From: Patescibacteria group bacterium
GTDB taxonomy: Bacteria > Patescibacteriota > Microgenomatia > Levybacterales > UBA12049
Assembly (NCBI GenBank): GCA_026004395.1
Contig: BPJB01000001.1
Location: 327,343-391,342 of the forward strand
Direction of reading: 5' to 3'
DNA length: 64,000 nt
Positions 38,764 through 48,606 of the stretch are shown one piece after another. The notes under the pieces were generated by a model that saw nothing but the letters and a program-made list of their open reading frames with translations, searched no databases and was not told the DNA's origin. The translations under genes and the position numbers were made by a program. Positions within the stretch are counted from its first letter, which is position 1. Each line of letters starts with the position of its first letter.

Positions 38764-40024
38764 AATCTTCTGTCCAAATGACATACAAATATGATTTAAT
38801 ATCTCCTTCGTGAAAAAGGATAGGATTACCACTGCGGACTCTTTCTGCTGCCTCTTGTTTTTGTTTATCTAATCCTCCGCCTGTTGTTTTGATCCAAAAT
38901 TCTTTTGTATTGTAGTAAGCATAGAATATCCAAAGAAAAACAAGAGGCAACAAAAGGTAAGGAAATTTCTTAAGTAATTTTTGTTGCAGATAAATAAGAA
39001 CAAAGATTACTAGTGGTGCTTGTAGGAGAAAATAATAATCAGAGATAGGACCTGCATAGATAGTGAAAAAAATAACTGGAATCAAAAACCACGGTAACAT
39101 AAGAAGCCCGATAAGTTTTTTAGTTTTATCTTTTTCAAATAAAAGAACAAAGCCAAAAAGAAATGGTATTACATATTGCAAAATTTTCCCCAGAGAAAAG
39201 AATATAATCAGCTTAAACTGCACAAAAGCATCTGTAAGTCTTAGCAGGAAAAAACGTAAATGAAATCCGTGCATATAATGTTTGATAAAGTCTGAGTATT
39301 TATAAAACTCTCCGTGTGAACTTTTGAGATCAAAGATTAGGGTAGGTATGAGGAAAAACGCAGCAATAGCAAAGCTTCCACATAAGAGGAGAAAATTTTT
39401 TATATTTTTTCCGAAAGGAAAAAGAGATAAGAGTATAATTGGAGGAAGAAATACGGCAGTGAAATGAAGATGAAAAAAAAGTCCTGTTAGAATTCCAAGA
39501 AGAATATACCAGTACTTTCCACCGCCTGTTCTAATACGAAAAAGAGTATAGAATAGCAAAATTGATGTAGCAGGCACCAGTGAAACATTCCAGGGAATCT
39601 GATTTTGTTTAATAATATAATTGCTTGTGCCATAGAGAAAGACTGCAAAGATAGCTGCTTTTTCTGAAAAAAGTTTTTTAGCTACTAGATAGAGAGTAAC
39701 AAATGTAATTATATTAACAACAATCGTAAAGTATATAGAAGCAACAGGATCCAGTTTTGTAAGCGCAAAAAAAGGTGCTAGAAGGTAAAAATACAATGGT
39801 CCAAGATGCATATTACCGATACCTGTTTTGGGTCCATCAAGTACGAGCATCCCTTTGAGAATGTCGCGTACTTTCCATGCGTCTCGAGCCTGATCCCATC
39901 CAAATGCTTTATCAGGATAGGATTCAATACCATAAAATCTAAGATACAGTCCCACTGTTAGGATAAATAAAAAAGCAAAAAAATATTTATGTGGAGAAAT
40001 TAGTTTAGAATAAAATTCACTCAT
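38747..40024 (-). CDS. GT-C-type (ArnT/PMT-like) polytopic membrane glycosyltransferase
   Basis: 425 aa with many TM helices. First loop contains WDQARD. Topology resembles the ArnT/PMT_2 family. Confidence 0.5.
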   Translation of the reverse strand: MSEFYSKLISPHKYFFAFLFILTVGLYLRFYGIESYPDKAFGWDQARDAWKVRDILKGMLVLDGPKTGIGNMHLGPLYFYLLAPFFALTKLDPVASIYFTIVVNIITFVTLYLVAKKLFSEKAAIFAVFLYGTSNYIIKQNQIPWNVSLVPATSILLFYTLFRIRTGGGKYWYILLGILTGLFFHLHFTAVFLPPIILLSLFPFGKNIKNFLLLCGSFAIAAFFLIPTLIFDLKSSHGEFYKYSDFIKHYMHGFHLRFFLLRLTDAFVQFKLIIFFSLGKILQYVIPFLFGFVLLFEKDKTKKLIGLLMLPWFLIPVIFFTIYAGPISDYYFLLQAPLVIFVLIYLQQKLLKKFPYLLLPLVFLWIFYAYYNTKEFWIKTTGGGLDKQKQEAAERVRSGNPILFHEGDIKSYLYVIWTEDSTKKN

Positions 40025-40055
40025 TAATGTGAGAATCTAGTATAATCTATAGTAT

Positions 40056-41577
40056 ATGCCAATACTTAAGAAAAGAAAAGTTGAGTTGTTTTTGGTAGTT
40101 TTCCTTTTTGCTCTTTACACTTTTTCACGACTTGGGGCTTTAACAAATATACCAATCTTTACTGATGAGGCAATTTATCTGAGATGGGCGCAGATCGCAG
40201 AATCTGATGCCAATTGGCGATTTATTTCACTTACCGATGGCAAACAGCCGCTTTTTATTTGGTTGACAATGCTAGCGATGAAAATTATTCCTGATCCCTT
40301 GATAGCGGGTAGAATGATCTCTGTATTGTCTGGACTTCTAACAGCTATTGGCTTATTTTTTCTTTCCCGAGAAATATTTCAAGAAAAATGGATAGGAATT
40401 ATTGCCGCAGGATTGTATGTTATTTATCCTTTTGCTCTTATTTATGATAGATTAGCTCTTTATGATTCTCTTGTTGGAACATTTGCAGTCTGGAGTCTTT
40501 ATGGTACAGTCTGTTTGGTGAGAGCTCTTCGTTTGGATGTTGCACTTTTGTTAGGTCTTGCTATAGGAGGTGCGGTATTGAATAAAACAAGCGGTTTTTT
40601 TCAATCTCTATCTTCTCCCTTTTGCATTACTTATTTTTGACTGGAAAAAGAAAAATCTAAGAGGTAGATTGATTCGTTTTATTCTCCTTTGTGGGGTAGT
40701 AGCATTAATGAGCTACGGAATGTATTCTATTTTACGTTTATCACCGTTTTTCTATATTATCGAGGAAAAGAATGCTGTGTTTGTCTACCCTTTTAGGGAT
40801 TGGATCCAACATCCTTTTGCGTATTTTTGGCAAAACTTAAGGGCACTTGTTGATTGGTTGGTAGCATATATGGGATTACCTTTAATATTATTAGCAGTAG
40901 GGTCTCTGTTTTTGAAAAAGACACTCATAAAAGAAAAGATTCTTTTAATAGTATGGTTTGTGGTGCCATTTATTGCTCTTGCATTGTTCGGAAAGACACT
41001 TTATCCTCGCTATATTTTTTTCATGACTCTTTCTCTTCTTCCACTTATAGCATATTCTATCTACATTCTTTATCGAAGACTAAAAGAAAAACCCTACCTT
41101 AGATTATTTTTTATTGTTTTAGCAATTTTTTATTCTTTTGTTTCGTCAATACTCATTCTTGCGGATTTCAAAAATGCGCCTATACCATCAGCAGACAAAT
41201 CACAATATCTTACAGGCTGGCCATCAGGTGTAGGTATTCCTGAGACAATTAATTTTTTTCAACAAAAAGCAAAAAAGGGTGAGATCTTTATTGGCACAGA
41301 AGGTACGTTTGGTCTTTTGCCATTTGCCTATGAATTATACTTTGTCAAGAATAAAAACATAACTGTTAAAGGATACTGGCCAATTGGGCCTGAGATTGAT
41401 CCAGAACTTGTAAAAATGAGTTTATCAAAACCTACCTATATGGTGTTTTATCAAGATTGCGTTCCTTGTGAAGCAAAAGGTATCGCACCTAGTACTTGGC
41501 CGCTTAAGAAAATTATGCAAATTCCAAAAGTTGAGAAAAATACTTATTTAACAGTTTATCAAGTACTACCACAATGA
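40056..41577 (+). pseudogene. GT-C (ArnT/PMT-like, DE-motif) membrane glycosyltransferase interrupted by a frameshift in a T7 homopolymer (pseudogene or sequencing error)
   Basis: ORF 40056-40640 contains TDEAIYLRW (DE motif). ORF 40669-41577 is in a different frame. The joined reading ...LNKTSGFF/FNLYLLPFALLIFDWKKKNLRGRLIRFILL... is continuous across the T-run at 40595-40601. Confidence 0.6.
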
Positions 41578-43217
41578 GAAAAGAATTAAAACAGGTCTTT
41601 CTTTGGATTTTTGTGCTTATTGTTCTTACTTTTCCTTTAATTCTTCCTTATTTCAGAGAAGGATATTTTCCCACACATGATGGCGAGTGGGCAGTTGTTC
41701 GACTTGCTGATATGTATCGAGAGATAAAAGACGGCCAAATTCCACCTAGATTCAGTGGAAATCTCAACTTTGGTTATGGTTATCCACTATTTAATTTTGC
41801 GTATCCTATGCCTTATTATCTGGGATTAGTATTCTTTTTATTACATATTGGCCTCGTCAATAGTATAAAAGTCCTTTTTGCGTTAAGTGTGCCTCTGAGT
41901 GCGATCATGATGTTTTTTGCATCAAGATCATTATGGGGAGGATCACTTGCAGGTCTGACAAGCGCTTTACTGTATGCATATTTACCTTATAGGATGGTTG
42001 ATCTTTATGTTAGAGGATCATTAGGAGAATCATTGGCATCTGTTCTATTCCCCACGATTTTTTATCTAATTACTGTTTTGTCATCTAGGAAATCTGTTTT
42101 TTTGGTTATTGGATTAGCAGCAGCATTTGGAACACTGATTTTAACACACAATATTATGGCTGTATTGTTTTCGATTATCATTAGTGCCTACGTTATATTT
42201 ATTTTCTTTACTTCTAAGAGCAAATATTGGAGGCAAATATTGTTGGGATTATTAGGAGGAATATTCCTTTCAGCATTTTTTTGGCTTCCCGCTCTTGTTG
42301 AAAAAAAGTTTGTTTTGCTTTCACAAATTCCGATTGCCGATCGTGATCTTTACTATGTTAATCCGTGGCAGCTTATTTTTTCTCCTTGGGGCTATGGAAC
42401 ACCTACCGAACAAAATTCATTTACTTATCAGTTAGGATTACCGCACATAATACTTTCGATTATAGGTTTTTTTCATATTTTGATTGATAAAAAAAAGGAT
42501 CAGAAACGTTTTTTAGGAATATTTTTGGCAGGGATGATTCTTGCTGCTATATTTATGCTTTTCCCCTTGTCTTCACCTCTTTGGGAAAATATTCCATTAA
42601 TTTCAGAAATTAATTATCCATGGACATTACTTTTCGTAATAGGATTTTTGATGAGTCTTCTTTCAGGAGTATTAATGAAGTATGGTAAAGTGATGAAAAT
42701 ATTTACAGTACTTTTTATTCTTTCAGCTATTGTTTTGGTATTACCTTTTGCAAAACCATCTGAATATGTTAATAGAGGGGATAGCTATTATTTTACCAAC
42801 GATGCGACTACAACTTCCTCCCGTGAGTTTATGCCTCTGTGGGTCAAACAGATGCCTCTTAATCGAGCAGCAGAAAAAGTACAAATTGTAAAAGGTAAAG
42901 GCAAAATTGAAGATATCAGAGCTACTTCTGATGAGATAACTTTTAGAGCTTCTTTATCTGAAAAAAGCATTATAAGATTGAATACAATTTTTTTCCCTAA
43001 TTGGAGATGGTATGTAGGTAAGAAACAAATTGCATTTAATTACGACAATCCTCAAGGTGTGATGGAAGCGACTTTTGATAAAGGCGAGCATGCAGTAAAA
43101 GTTGTATTTGAGAATACAACTGTGCGTACTTTTGCTAATTGGCTGTCATTGATGACATTTATTATTTTTGCTGTGATACTATCTCTTATATCTTGGAGAA
43201 AAGTATTAGATGAATAA
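41574..43217 (+). CDS. Polytopic membrane protein, paralog family A
   Basis: HDGEWAVVRLADMYREIKDGQIPPRF...GYGYPLFNFAYP. C-terminal FFPNWRWYVGKKQIAFNYDNPQGVMEATFDKGEHAVKVVFENTTVR. Confidence 0.6.
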   Translation: MRKELKQVFLWIFVLIVLTFPLILPYFREGYFPTHDGEWAVVRLADMYREIKDGQIPPRFSGNLNFGYGYPLFNFAYPMPYYLGLVFFLLHIGLVNSIKVLFALSVPLSAIMMFFASRSLWGGSLAGLTSALLYAYLPYRMVDLYVRGSLGESLASVLFPTIFYLITVLSSRKSVFLVIGLAAAFGTLILTHNIMAVLFSIIISAYVIFIFFTSKSKYWRQILLGLLGGIFLSAFFWLPALVEKKFVLLSQIPIADRDLYYVNPWQLIFSPWGYGTPTEQNSFTYQLGLPHIILSIIGFFHILIDKKKDQKRFLGIFLAGMILAAIFMLFPLSSPLWENIPLISEINYPWTLLFVIGFLMSLLSGVLMKYGKVMKIFTVLFILSAIVLVLPFAKPSEYVNRGDSYYFTNDATTTSSREFMPLWVKQMPLNRAAEKVQIVKGKGKIEDIRATSDEITFRASLSEKSIIRLNTIFFPNWRWYVGKKQIAFNYDNPQGVMEATFDKGEHAVKVVFENTTVRTFANWLSLMTFIIFAVILSLISWRKVLDE

Positions 43218-44892
43218 AATTTTTTTCTTTTTACTTTCTGTTTTTTCTTTTTTTTCTATTCTGCCGCTTTTGGGAAGAGAGTATTTCCCCATGCATGATG
43301 ATACTCAGGTTGCAAGAGTAATTGCTATGTCAACAGCTCTTCGTGATGGAATGTTTCCTGTTCGCTGGGTTGATATTTTAGGGTATGGTTATGGATATCC
43401 TATATTTAATTTTTACGCACCCTTAGCCTACTACGTTGGTGGCACTTTACATCTATTGGGTATTCCTCCAGTGGCTGCAACAAAAATTATGTTTGGCATC
43501 GGGATGCTTGCTGCCGGATTGTCAATGTATTTATTAGCAAAGGAGTTTTGGGGAGAATTAGGCGGATTACTTTCTGCATTATTGTATCTCTATGCTCCTT
43601 ATCATGCTGTTAATCTTTATGTAAGAGGTGCTATTGGAGAGTTGTGGGCTTACGGACTGATACCACTTGTATTTTTGGGTTTTTACAAACTTTTCAGCGC
43701 TATACAAAGTGAAGATAAAAGAAAAATTTGGTATTGGATTGGAATATCAGGATTTGCTTATGCAGCTTTGATTTTATCTCATAATTTGACAGCGTTCATT
43801 GTGACTCCTTTTTTAGTTATATTGATTATACTTTTTTGTATAGTCCTTAAGAGGCAACATATTAGCTTTGTTCATCTAATCTACGCTTTTTGTTTTGGAC
43901 TATTGTTCTGTGCTTTCTATTGGTTGCCGGCTATTCTTGAACTATCCTATACCAACGTTGGATCAATTTTGGGTGGAGGATCAAATCCCATAGACCATTT
44001 TGTCTGTTTATCTCAACTGTGGGCGAGTAACTGGGGATTTGCTGGCTCAGCACCGGGGTGTATTGATGGAATGTCTTTCATGATTGGGAAAATGCATATA
44101 ATTCTTGCGCTAGGTAGTTTTTTTGCCGCTCTTTTTTGGAAAAAAAGAGTCAAGAAAAATATATTTTTTATCCTTTTTATAGGTTTGGTACTTTCGGTTT
44201 TTCTCATGCTTAGTATTTCAAGATCGTTTTGGGAAGGCTTTCCTCTTATGATGTACATTCAATTTCCTTGGAGATATCTCACAATGGCTTCATTTTTTAG
44301 TTCATTATTGTCAGGAGGAATACTATTTATTTTATTAAGTTCTGTAAATCTAGATTATTTTAAAAAGGTAATTTTGGGAGTTTTTATTGGCCTGCTAATA
44401 ATTTTTATTTATGGGAAGTTTTTTGTGCCACAATATAAGATTAATGATATAACTCGCTATTCAAATATAGATTTTATACGATGGAATGTTTCCAAAATTT
44501 CTGATGAGTATTTGCCTTCTGATTTTAAAAAGCCAGAAAACATCTCAGATCTTCCTCAAAGCATTTTAGAGTTTATTAAAGGCTCTGGAAAAATTTATGT
44601 TGATAGAAAAACGACTACGCATCTTCTAGCATCCATAGTCGTTTCTAATGATGCAGTAATTAGAATACAAAGAGCCTACTTTCCAGCGTGGAGAATAGTA
44701 ATCAATGGAGTAGAAAAGACACCTATAATCAAAAATGGAGTATATTATCTCAATTTGCCTTCCGGAGATTATCGCTTGGAGATGAGTTTTGTTCAAACTC
44801 CGATTGAGAGAGTTGCGAATAGCCTTACACTTCTTGGTATTTTTCTTTTTATTGCTGGTATAATATATGCTCATCGAAAGGTGTTAAAATGA
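43210..44892 (+). CDS. Polytopic membrane protein, paralog family A
   Basis: HDDTQVARVIAMSTALRDGMFPVRW...GYGYPIFNFYAP. C-terminal YFPAWRIVINGVEKTP...GDYRLEMSFVQTPIER. Overlaps the previous gene by 8 nt. Confidence 0.6.
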   Translation: MNKIFFFLLSVFSFFSILPLLGREYFPMHDDTQVARVIAMSTALRDGMFPVRWVDILGYGYGYPIFNFYAPLAYYVGGTLHLLGIPPVAATKIMFGIGMLAAGLSMYLLAKEFWGELGGLLSALLYLYAPYHAVNLYVRGAIGELWAYGLIPLVFLGFYKLFSAIQSEDKRKIWYWIGISGFAYAALILSHNLTAFIVTPFLVILIILFCIVLKRQHISFVHLIYAFCFGLLFCAFYWLPAILELSYTNVGSILGGGSNPIDHFVCLSQLWASNWGFAGSAPGCIDGMSFMIGKMHIILALGSFFAALFWKKRVKKNIFFILFIGLVLSVFLMLSISRSFWEGFPLMMYIQFPWRYLTMASFFSSLLSGGILFILLSSVNLDYFKKVILGVFIGLLIIFIYGKFFVPQYKINDITRYSNIDFIRWNVSKISDEYLPSDFKKPENISDLPQSILEFIKGSGKIYVDRKTTTHLLASIVVSNDAVIRIQRAYFPAWRIVINGVEKTPIIKNGVYYLNLPSGDYRLEMSFVQTPIERVANSLTLLGIFLFIAGIIYAHRKVLK

Positions 44893-45602
44893 ATAAAAAA
44901 TTACCTGAATTATCAATCTTTTTCCCATTTTGGAATGAGGAAAAAAATATTGAGCAAGTTGTCACCAATGCTATCGCAATTGCTCCAAGAATTGCTAAGA
45001 AATGGGAGATTATTATTGTTGATGATGGTTCATCGGATAGGACTTGGGAAAAATCTCGGGAGATAGAATCGCAATACTCCAATATTCGTATTGTTCATCA
45101 TCATGTCAACCGCGGTTATGGTGCTGCATTAAAATCAGGATTTGAGCACAGCCAATATAACTACATAGTATTTACTGATGGAGATTTGCAATTCGATTTT
45201 TCAGAAGTGACCAAATTTATTGAAGTGATTGCAGATGCGGATATTGTTATCGGCTATCGAAAAAAAAGACAGGATAACCTAATAAGAAATATTCTGATGA
45301 CATTGTTAAAGATATGGGACTTTATTTTTTTCCGTTTTTATTTCAAAGATATAGATTGCGGTTTTAAGATGTTCCGCCGTGAAGCGATTGAGGCATTAAT
45401 GCCTCTTCGATCAGAAGGAGCAATGATAACAACTGAAATACTGGCAAAAGCAAAAGCGAAGAAGATGAAAATTAAGCAGGTTGGAGTATCTCATTTTCCA
45501 CGCAAACATGGTCAGTCAAGCGGTGGCAATATTCCAGTTATTATTCGAGCGGTACTTGAAACCTTTATTCTCTATTGGGATATTAAAAATAGGCGGTTTT
45601 AA
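44889..45602 (+). CDS. GT2 polyprenyl-phosphate sugar synthase (GtrB/Dpm1/ArnC-like)
   Basis: LSIFFPFWNEEKNI...IIVDDGSSDRT...NRGYGAALKSG...VFTDGDLQFD. Overlaps the upstream stop (ATGA). Confidence 0.8.
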   Translation: MNKKLPELSIFFPFWNEEKNIEQVVTNAIAIAPRIAKKWEIIIVDDGSSDRTWEKSREIESQYSNIRIVHHHVNRGYGAALKSGFEHSQYNYIVFTDGDLQFDFSEVTKFIEVIADADIVIGYRKKRQDNLIRNILMTLLKIWDFIFFRFYFKDIDCGFKMFRREAIEALMPLRSEGAMITTEILAKAKAKKMKIKQVGVSHFPRKHGQSSGGNIPVIIRAVLETFILYWDIKNRRF

Positions 45603-45604
45603 TT

Positions 45605-47056
45605 ATGCAAGAAATTGATATTGCCACAATTACAAGGCGTTCCATTCATGGCGTTTTCGCTTTGGTCTCCAGGACGTTTCTGATACAGATAGTTATGCAG
45701 TTGGTGAGTTTTCTGCTTACGATCTATCTTCTTCCTGAGGAATATGGAATGTTTTATATTGTGTCAGCAGCAATTGCTTTTCTTGCTTATTTTTCTGATA
45801 TTGGATTGGCAGCTGCTTTAATTCAGAAAAAGGAAGAGTTAACAAAAGACGATTTAAGAACTACATTTACAATACAGCAAGCACTTGTATTAAGTGTTTC
45901 AATTATTGCTCTTATTTTTACCGATGCTGTGGGTAAATTTTATAACCTCAATAATGAGGGAAAGCTCCTTTATCAGGTACTTATCTTCTCCTTTGTTTTA
46001 TCATCGCTTAAGACAATACCTTCCATACTTCTTGAGAGAAAACTTCTTTTTCAAAAATTAGTCATTCCTGAGATTGTTGAGACAGTTGCGTTCAGTGTGA
46101 CGGTTTTAATTTTGGCAATACAAAACTTCGGAATAGCAAGTTTTACCTATGCAGTTTTCCTGCGTGGTTTACTAGGATTACTTACAATGTATCTTATTGC
46201 TCCGTGGAGACCGCAGATAGGTTTTTCACTAAATGTGGCGAAGCGTTTACTTGCATTCGGTGTTCCATTTCAGGCAAATAGCATCCTAGCTTTGTTGAAA
46301 GATCAACTTCTTGTAATTTATCTAGGTAAAGCGTTATCACTTACGCAAGTGGGATATATTGGGGTAGCCCAAAAATTAGCATACACACCCCTTAGACTTT
46401 TTATGGATAATATTATTCGTATAACCTTTCCATCTTTTTCTCGATTGGCTGAGACTAAATATCTTGGTAAAGCCATAGAAAAAACACTATTTGCAATTAG
46501 TGCATTTATTTTTCCTGCATCTGCTGGCATGGTGATTCTTATGCCTTATTTTATTCGCGTTTTTCCCAAATATGAAAAATGGGAGCCTGTTCTTCTTTCA
46601 CTAACATTTTTTTCTCTAAACGCAATTCTCTCTAGCCTATCAACGCCTTTGACCAATGCTCTCAATGCCATCGGAAAGATCAAGATAACATTGCATCTTA
46701 TGATTTTTTGGACACTAGCGACATGGATTCTGATACCCATTTTTATTGGAATTTTTGGATTTGATGGAGTGTCTATTGCCTCAGCTTTTATTTCAGTAAG
46801 CGTTGTTGCAGTGGTTTTTCTTGCGAAACAATATATTCCTTTCAGTATCCTTTCCGTAATTTATCCGCCATTTTTAGCAACAATTATTATGGCCATCTCT
46901 CTTTTTTTTATTTCAACGTATATTATCACTTCCCTGCAAACTTTGATTCTTGCTATGCTAGTGGGAGGAGGAATATATTTATTGACCCTTTTTCTGATAG
47001 CAAAGAAGCAAATTCTATCAGATTTAGAATTAATTAGAGCTAATTTAAAAAGGTAA
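45605..47056 (+). CDS. Wzx/MOP-superfamily polysaccharide/oligosaccharide flippase
   Basis: 483 aa with about 14 TM helices, typical polysaccharide-biosynthesis-protein composition. Lies inside the glycosyltransferase cluster. Confidence 0.65.
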   Translation: MQEIDIATITRRSIHGVFALVSRTFLIQIVMQLVSFLLTIYLLPEEYGMFYIVSAAIAFLAYFSDIGLAAALIQKKEELTKDDLRTTFTIQQALVLSVSIIALIFTDAVGKFYNLNNEGKLLYQVLIFSFVLSSLKTIPSILLERKLLFQKLVIPEIVETVAFSVTVLILAIQNFGIASFTYAVFLRGLLGLLTMYLIAPWRPQIGFSLNVAKRLLAFGVPFQANSILALLKDQLLVIYLGKALSLTQVGYIGVAQKLAYTPLRLFMDNIIRITFPSFSRLAETKYLGKAIEKTLFAISAFIFPASAGMVILMPYFIRVFPKYEKWEPVLLSLTFFSLNAILSSLSTPLTNALNAIGKIKITLHLMIFWTLATWILIPIFIGIFGFDGVSIASAFISVSVVAVVFLAKQYIPFSILSVIYPPFLATIIMAISLFFISTYIITSLQTLILAMLVGGGIYLLTLFLIAKKQILSDLELIRANLKR

Positions 47057-47057
47057 T

Positions 47058-47978
47058 ATGTCTAAATTATCCGTTGTAATTTCTGTACACAATGGCGAGA
47101 GAGTTTTGGAAGAGTGTTTAAGATCAGTTGTCTGGGCAGATGAGATAGTAGTAATAGATCATGATTCTGATGATGCGACAGCTTCAATTGCAAAGAAATA
47201 TACGAAAGTAGTTGTGTCAAGACCCAATGATCCTAAGAATATTGATTTGCAAAAAAATTATGGATTTGAAAAAGCTACCAATGAGTGGATTTTAAGTCTT
47301 GACGCTGATGAGCGTGTTTCAGCAGATTTGGCTCAGGAAATTAAGTCTGTTATTAACAATGCAGTATGCGAAGCATATGAAATTCCTCGCAAAAATATAA
47401 TTTTTGGTAAATGGATTCAACATTCGTTCTGGTGGCCTGATTACCAAGTCCGTCTTTTTAAAAAAGGTAAAGGAAAATATGTAGAAAAAGGCGTTCATAA
47501 GCAGCTTAAAGTGGATGGTCCAGTTGGCAAACTGCAAAACCCTCTTATCCATGAAAATTATCAGAGTATTAGCCAATATATACAAAAAATGGATGTTTAT
47601 ACTGAAAATGAAGCCTCATCACTGGTACAACAAGGTACGCATTTTAATTGGAGAGATGCGCTGCGTATGCCTGTTAGGGATTTTCTTAAAACCTTTTTCT
47701 TGCAGGAAGGATATAAAGATGGTTTTCATGGTTTAGTCTTAAGCACTTTGCAAGGTTTTTATACATTTTTGGTTATTATCAAAGTATGGGAGAAAAATGG
47801 TTTTAAGGAAGAATACAATTCTGCATTTCTAAAAACTATCTTAAAAGAATGGAGGAAACTTCAAAATGAGATTTTTTACTGGATACTTTCAACATTGATC
47901 ATATCTTCAAGAAATCCCTTTAAAAAATTTTTCTATCGTATTAAGAGAAAAATAGTGATGATGCGACTTAGAGATTAA
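47058..47978 (+). CDS. GT2 glycosyltransferase (LPS-core beta-glycosyltransferase-like) with C-terminal extension
   Basis: LSVVISVHNGERVLEECLRS...EIVVIDHDSDDAT...LSLDADERV (DxD). Paralog of ORF 53662-54411. Confidence 0.75.
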   Translation: MSKLSVVISVHNGERVLEECLRSVVWADEIVVIDHDSDDATASIAKKYTKVVVSRPNDPKNIDLQKNYGFEKATNEWILSLDADERVSADLAQEIKSVINNAVCEAYEIPRKNIIFGKWIQHSFWWPDYQVRLFKKGKGKYVEKGVHKQLKVDGPVGKLQNPLIHENYQSISQYIQKMDVYTENEASSLVQQGTHFNWRDALRMPVRDFLKTFFLQEGYKDGFHGLVLSTLQGFYTFLVIIKVWEKNGFKEEYNSAFLKTILKEWRKLQNEIFYWILSTLIISSRNPFKKFFYRIKRKIVMMRLRD

Positions 47979-48584
47979 TTAATTTTCAAAACGTGTAAGA
48001 TTTAACCAATATTTATTTTCAGTAATTCCTCTATCTAATCCATTGAAATCAAAAAAACCAACAGTTTTTTTCAGCTCCTTTTGCGATTTTAAAAATATCA
48101 ATTTATATAAATTATTTTCTCGATACAAAACTGTATCATTATCGCGGTAAATTACTGTTTTTGAATGTAGTTCTTCACTCTTAATAATTTTTGACAACTC
48201 ATGTTCTGCAACAAGAAAATCTATACTGACAAGTTTGGGAGATTTATAGATTAAAAAAGCTTTATCTGTTGGGGATAAAGAAATAGGAATATCAATGATG
48301 GCAAGAGTATTTGCTACTAAATCAGAAGGTATACCTGTTTTGGAAAATATACCTGATCCAGGAGAATAAAAATCGCGAAACTTCCAGAATTTTTGGGTAT
48401 TAAGATAATTGGTATCTTTTATATCAGTTAAAAATTCTTTTCTTAATTTTTCTCTGGCAAATGGTAATGTTAGAGTTGATATTGCTGGAACAAAAATAAG
48501 CGAAGAACAGACAAGAGTGAAGATAATAAAGATATAAATAATTAAATGAGAATAATGAGGATGATCTTTTTGTTTTTTATTCAT
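47979..48584 (-). CDS. Hypothetical N-terminally anchored extracytoplasmic protein
   Basis: 201 aa. Single N-terminal TM helix then a soluble domain. The only minus-strand gene within the plus-strand cluster 36797-53669. Confidence 0.4.
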   Translation of the reverse strand: MNKKQKDHPHYSHLIIYIFIIFTLVCSSLIFVPAISTLTLPFAREKLRKEFLTDIKDTNYLNTQKFWKFRDFYSPGSGIFSKTGIPSDLVANTLAIIDIPISLSPTDKAFLIYKSPKLVSIDFLVAEHELSKIIKSEELHSKTVIYRDNDTVLYRENNLYKLIFLKSQKELKKTVGFFDFNGLDRGITENKYWLNLTRFEN

Positions 48585-48606
48585 TCTTCTTCTATACTAT
48601 CAATAC

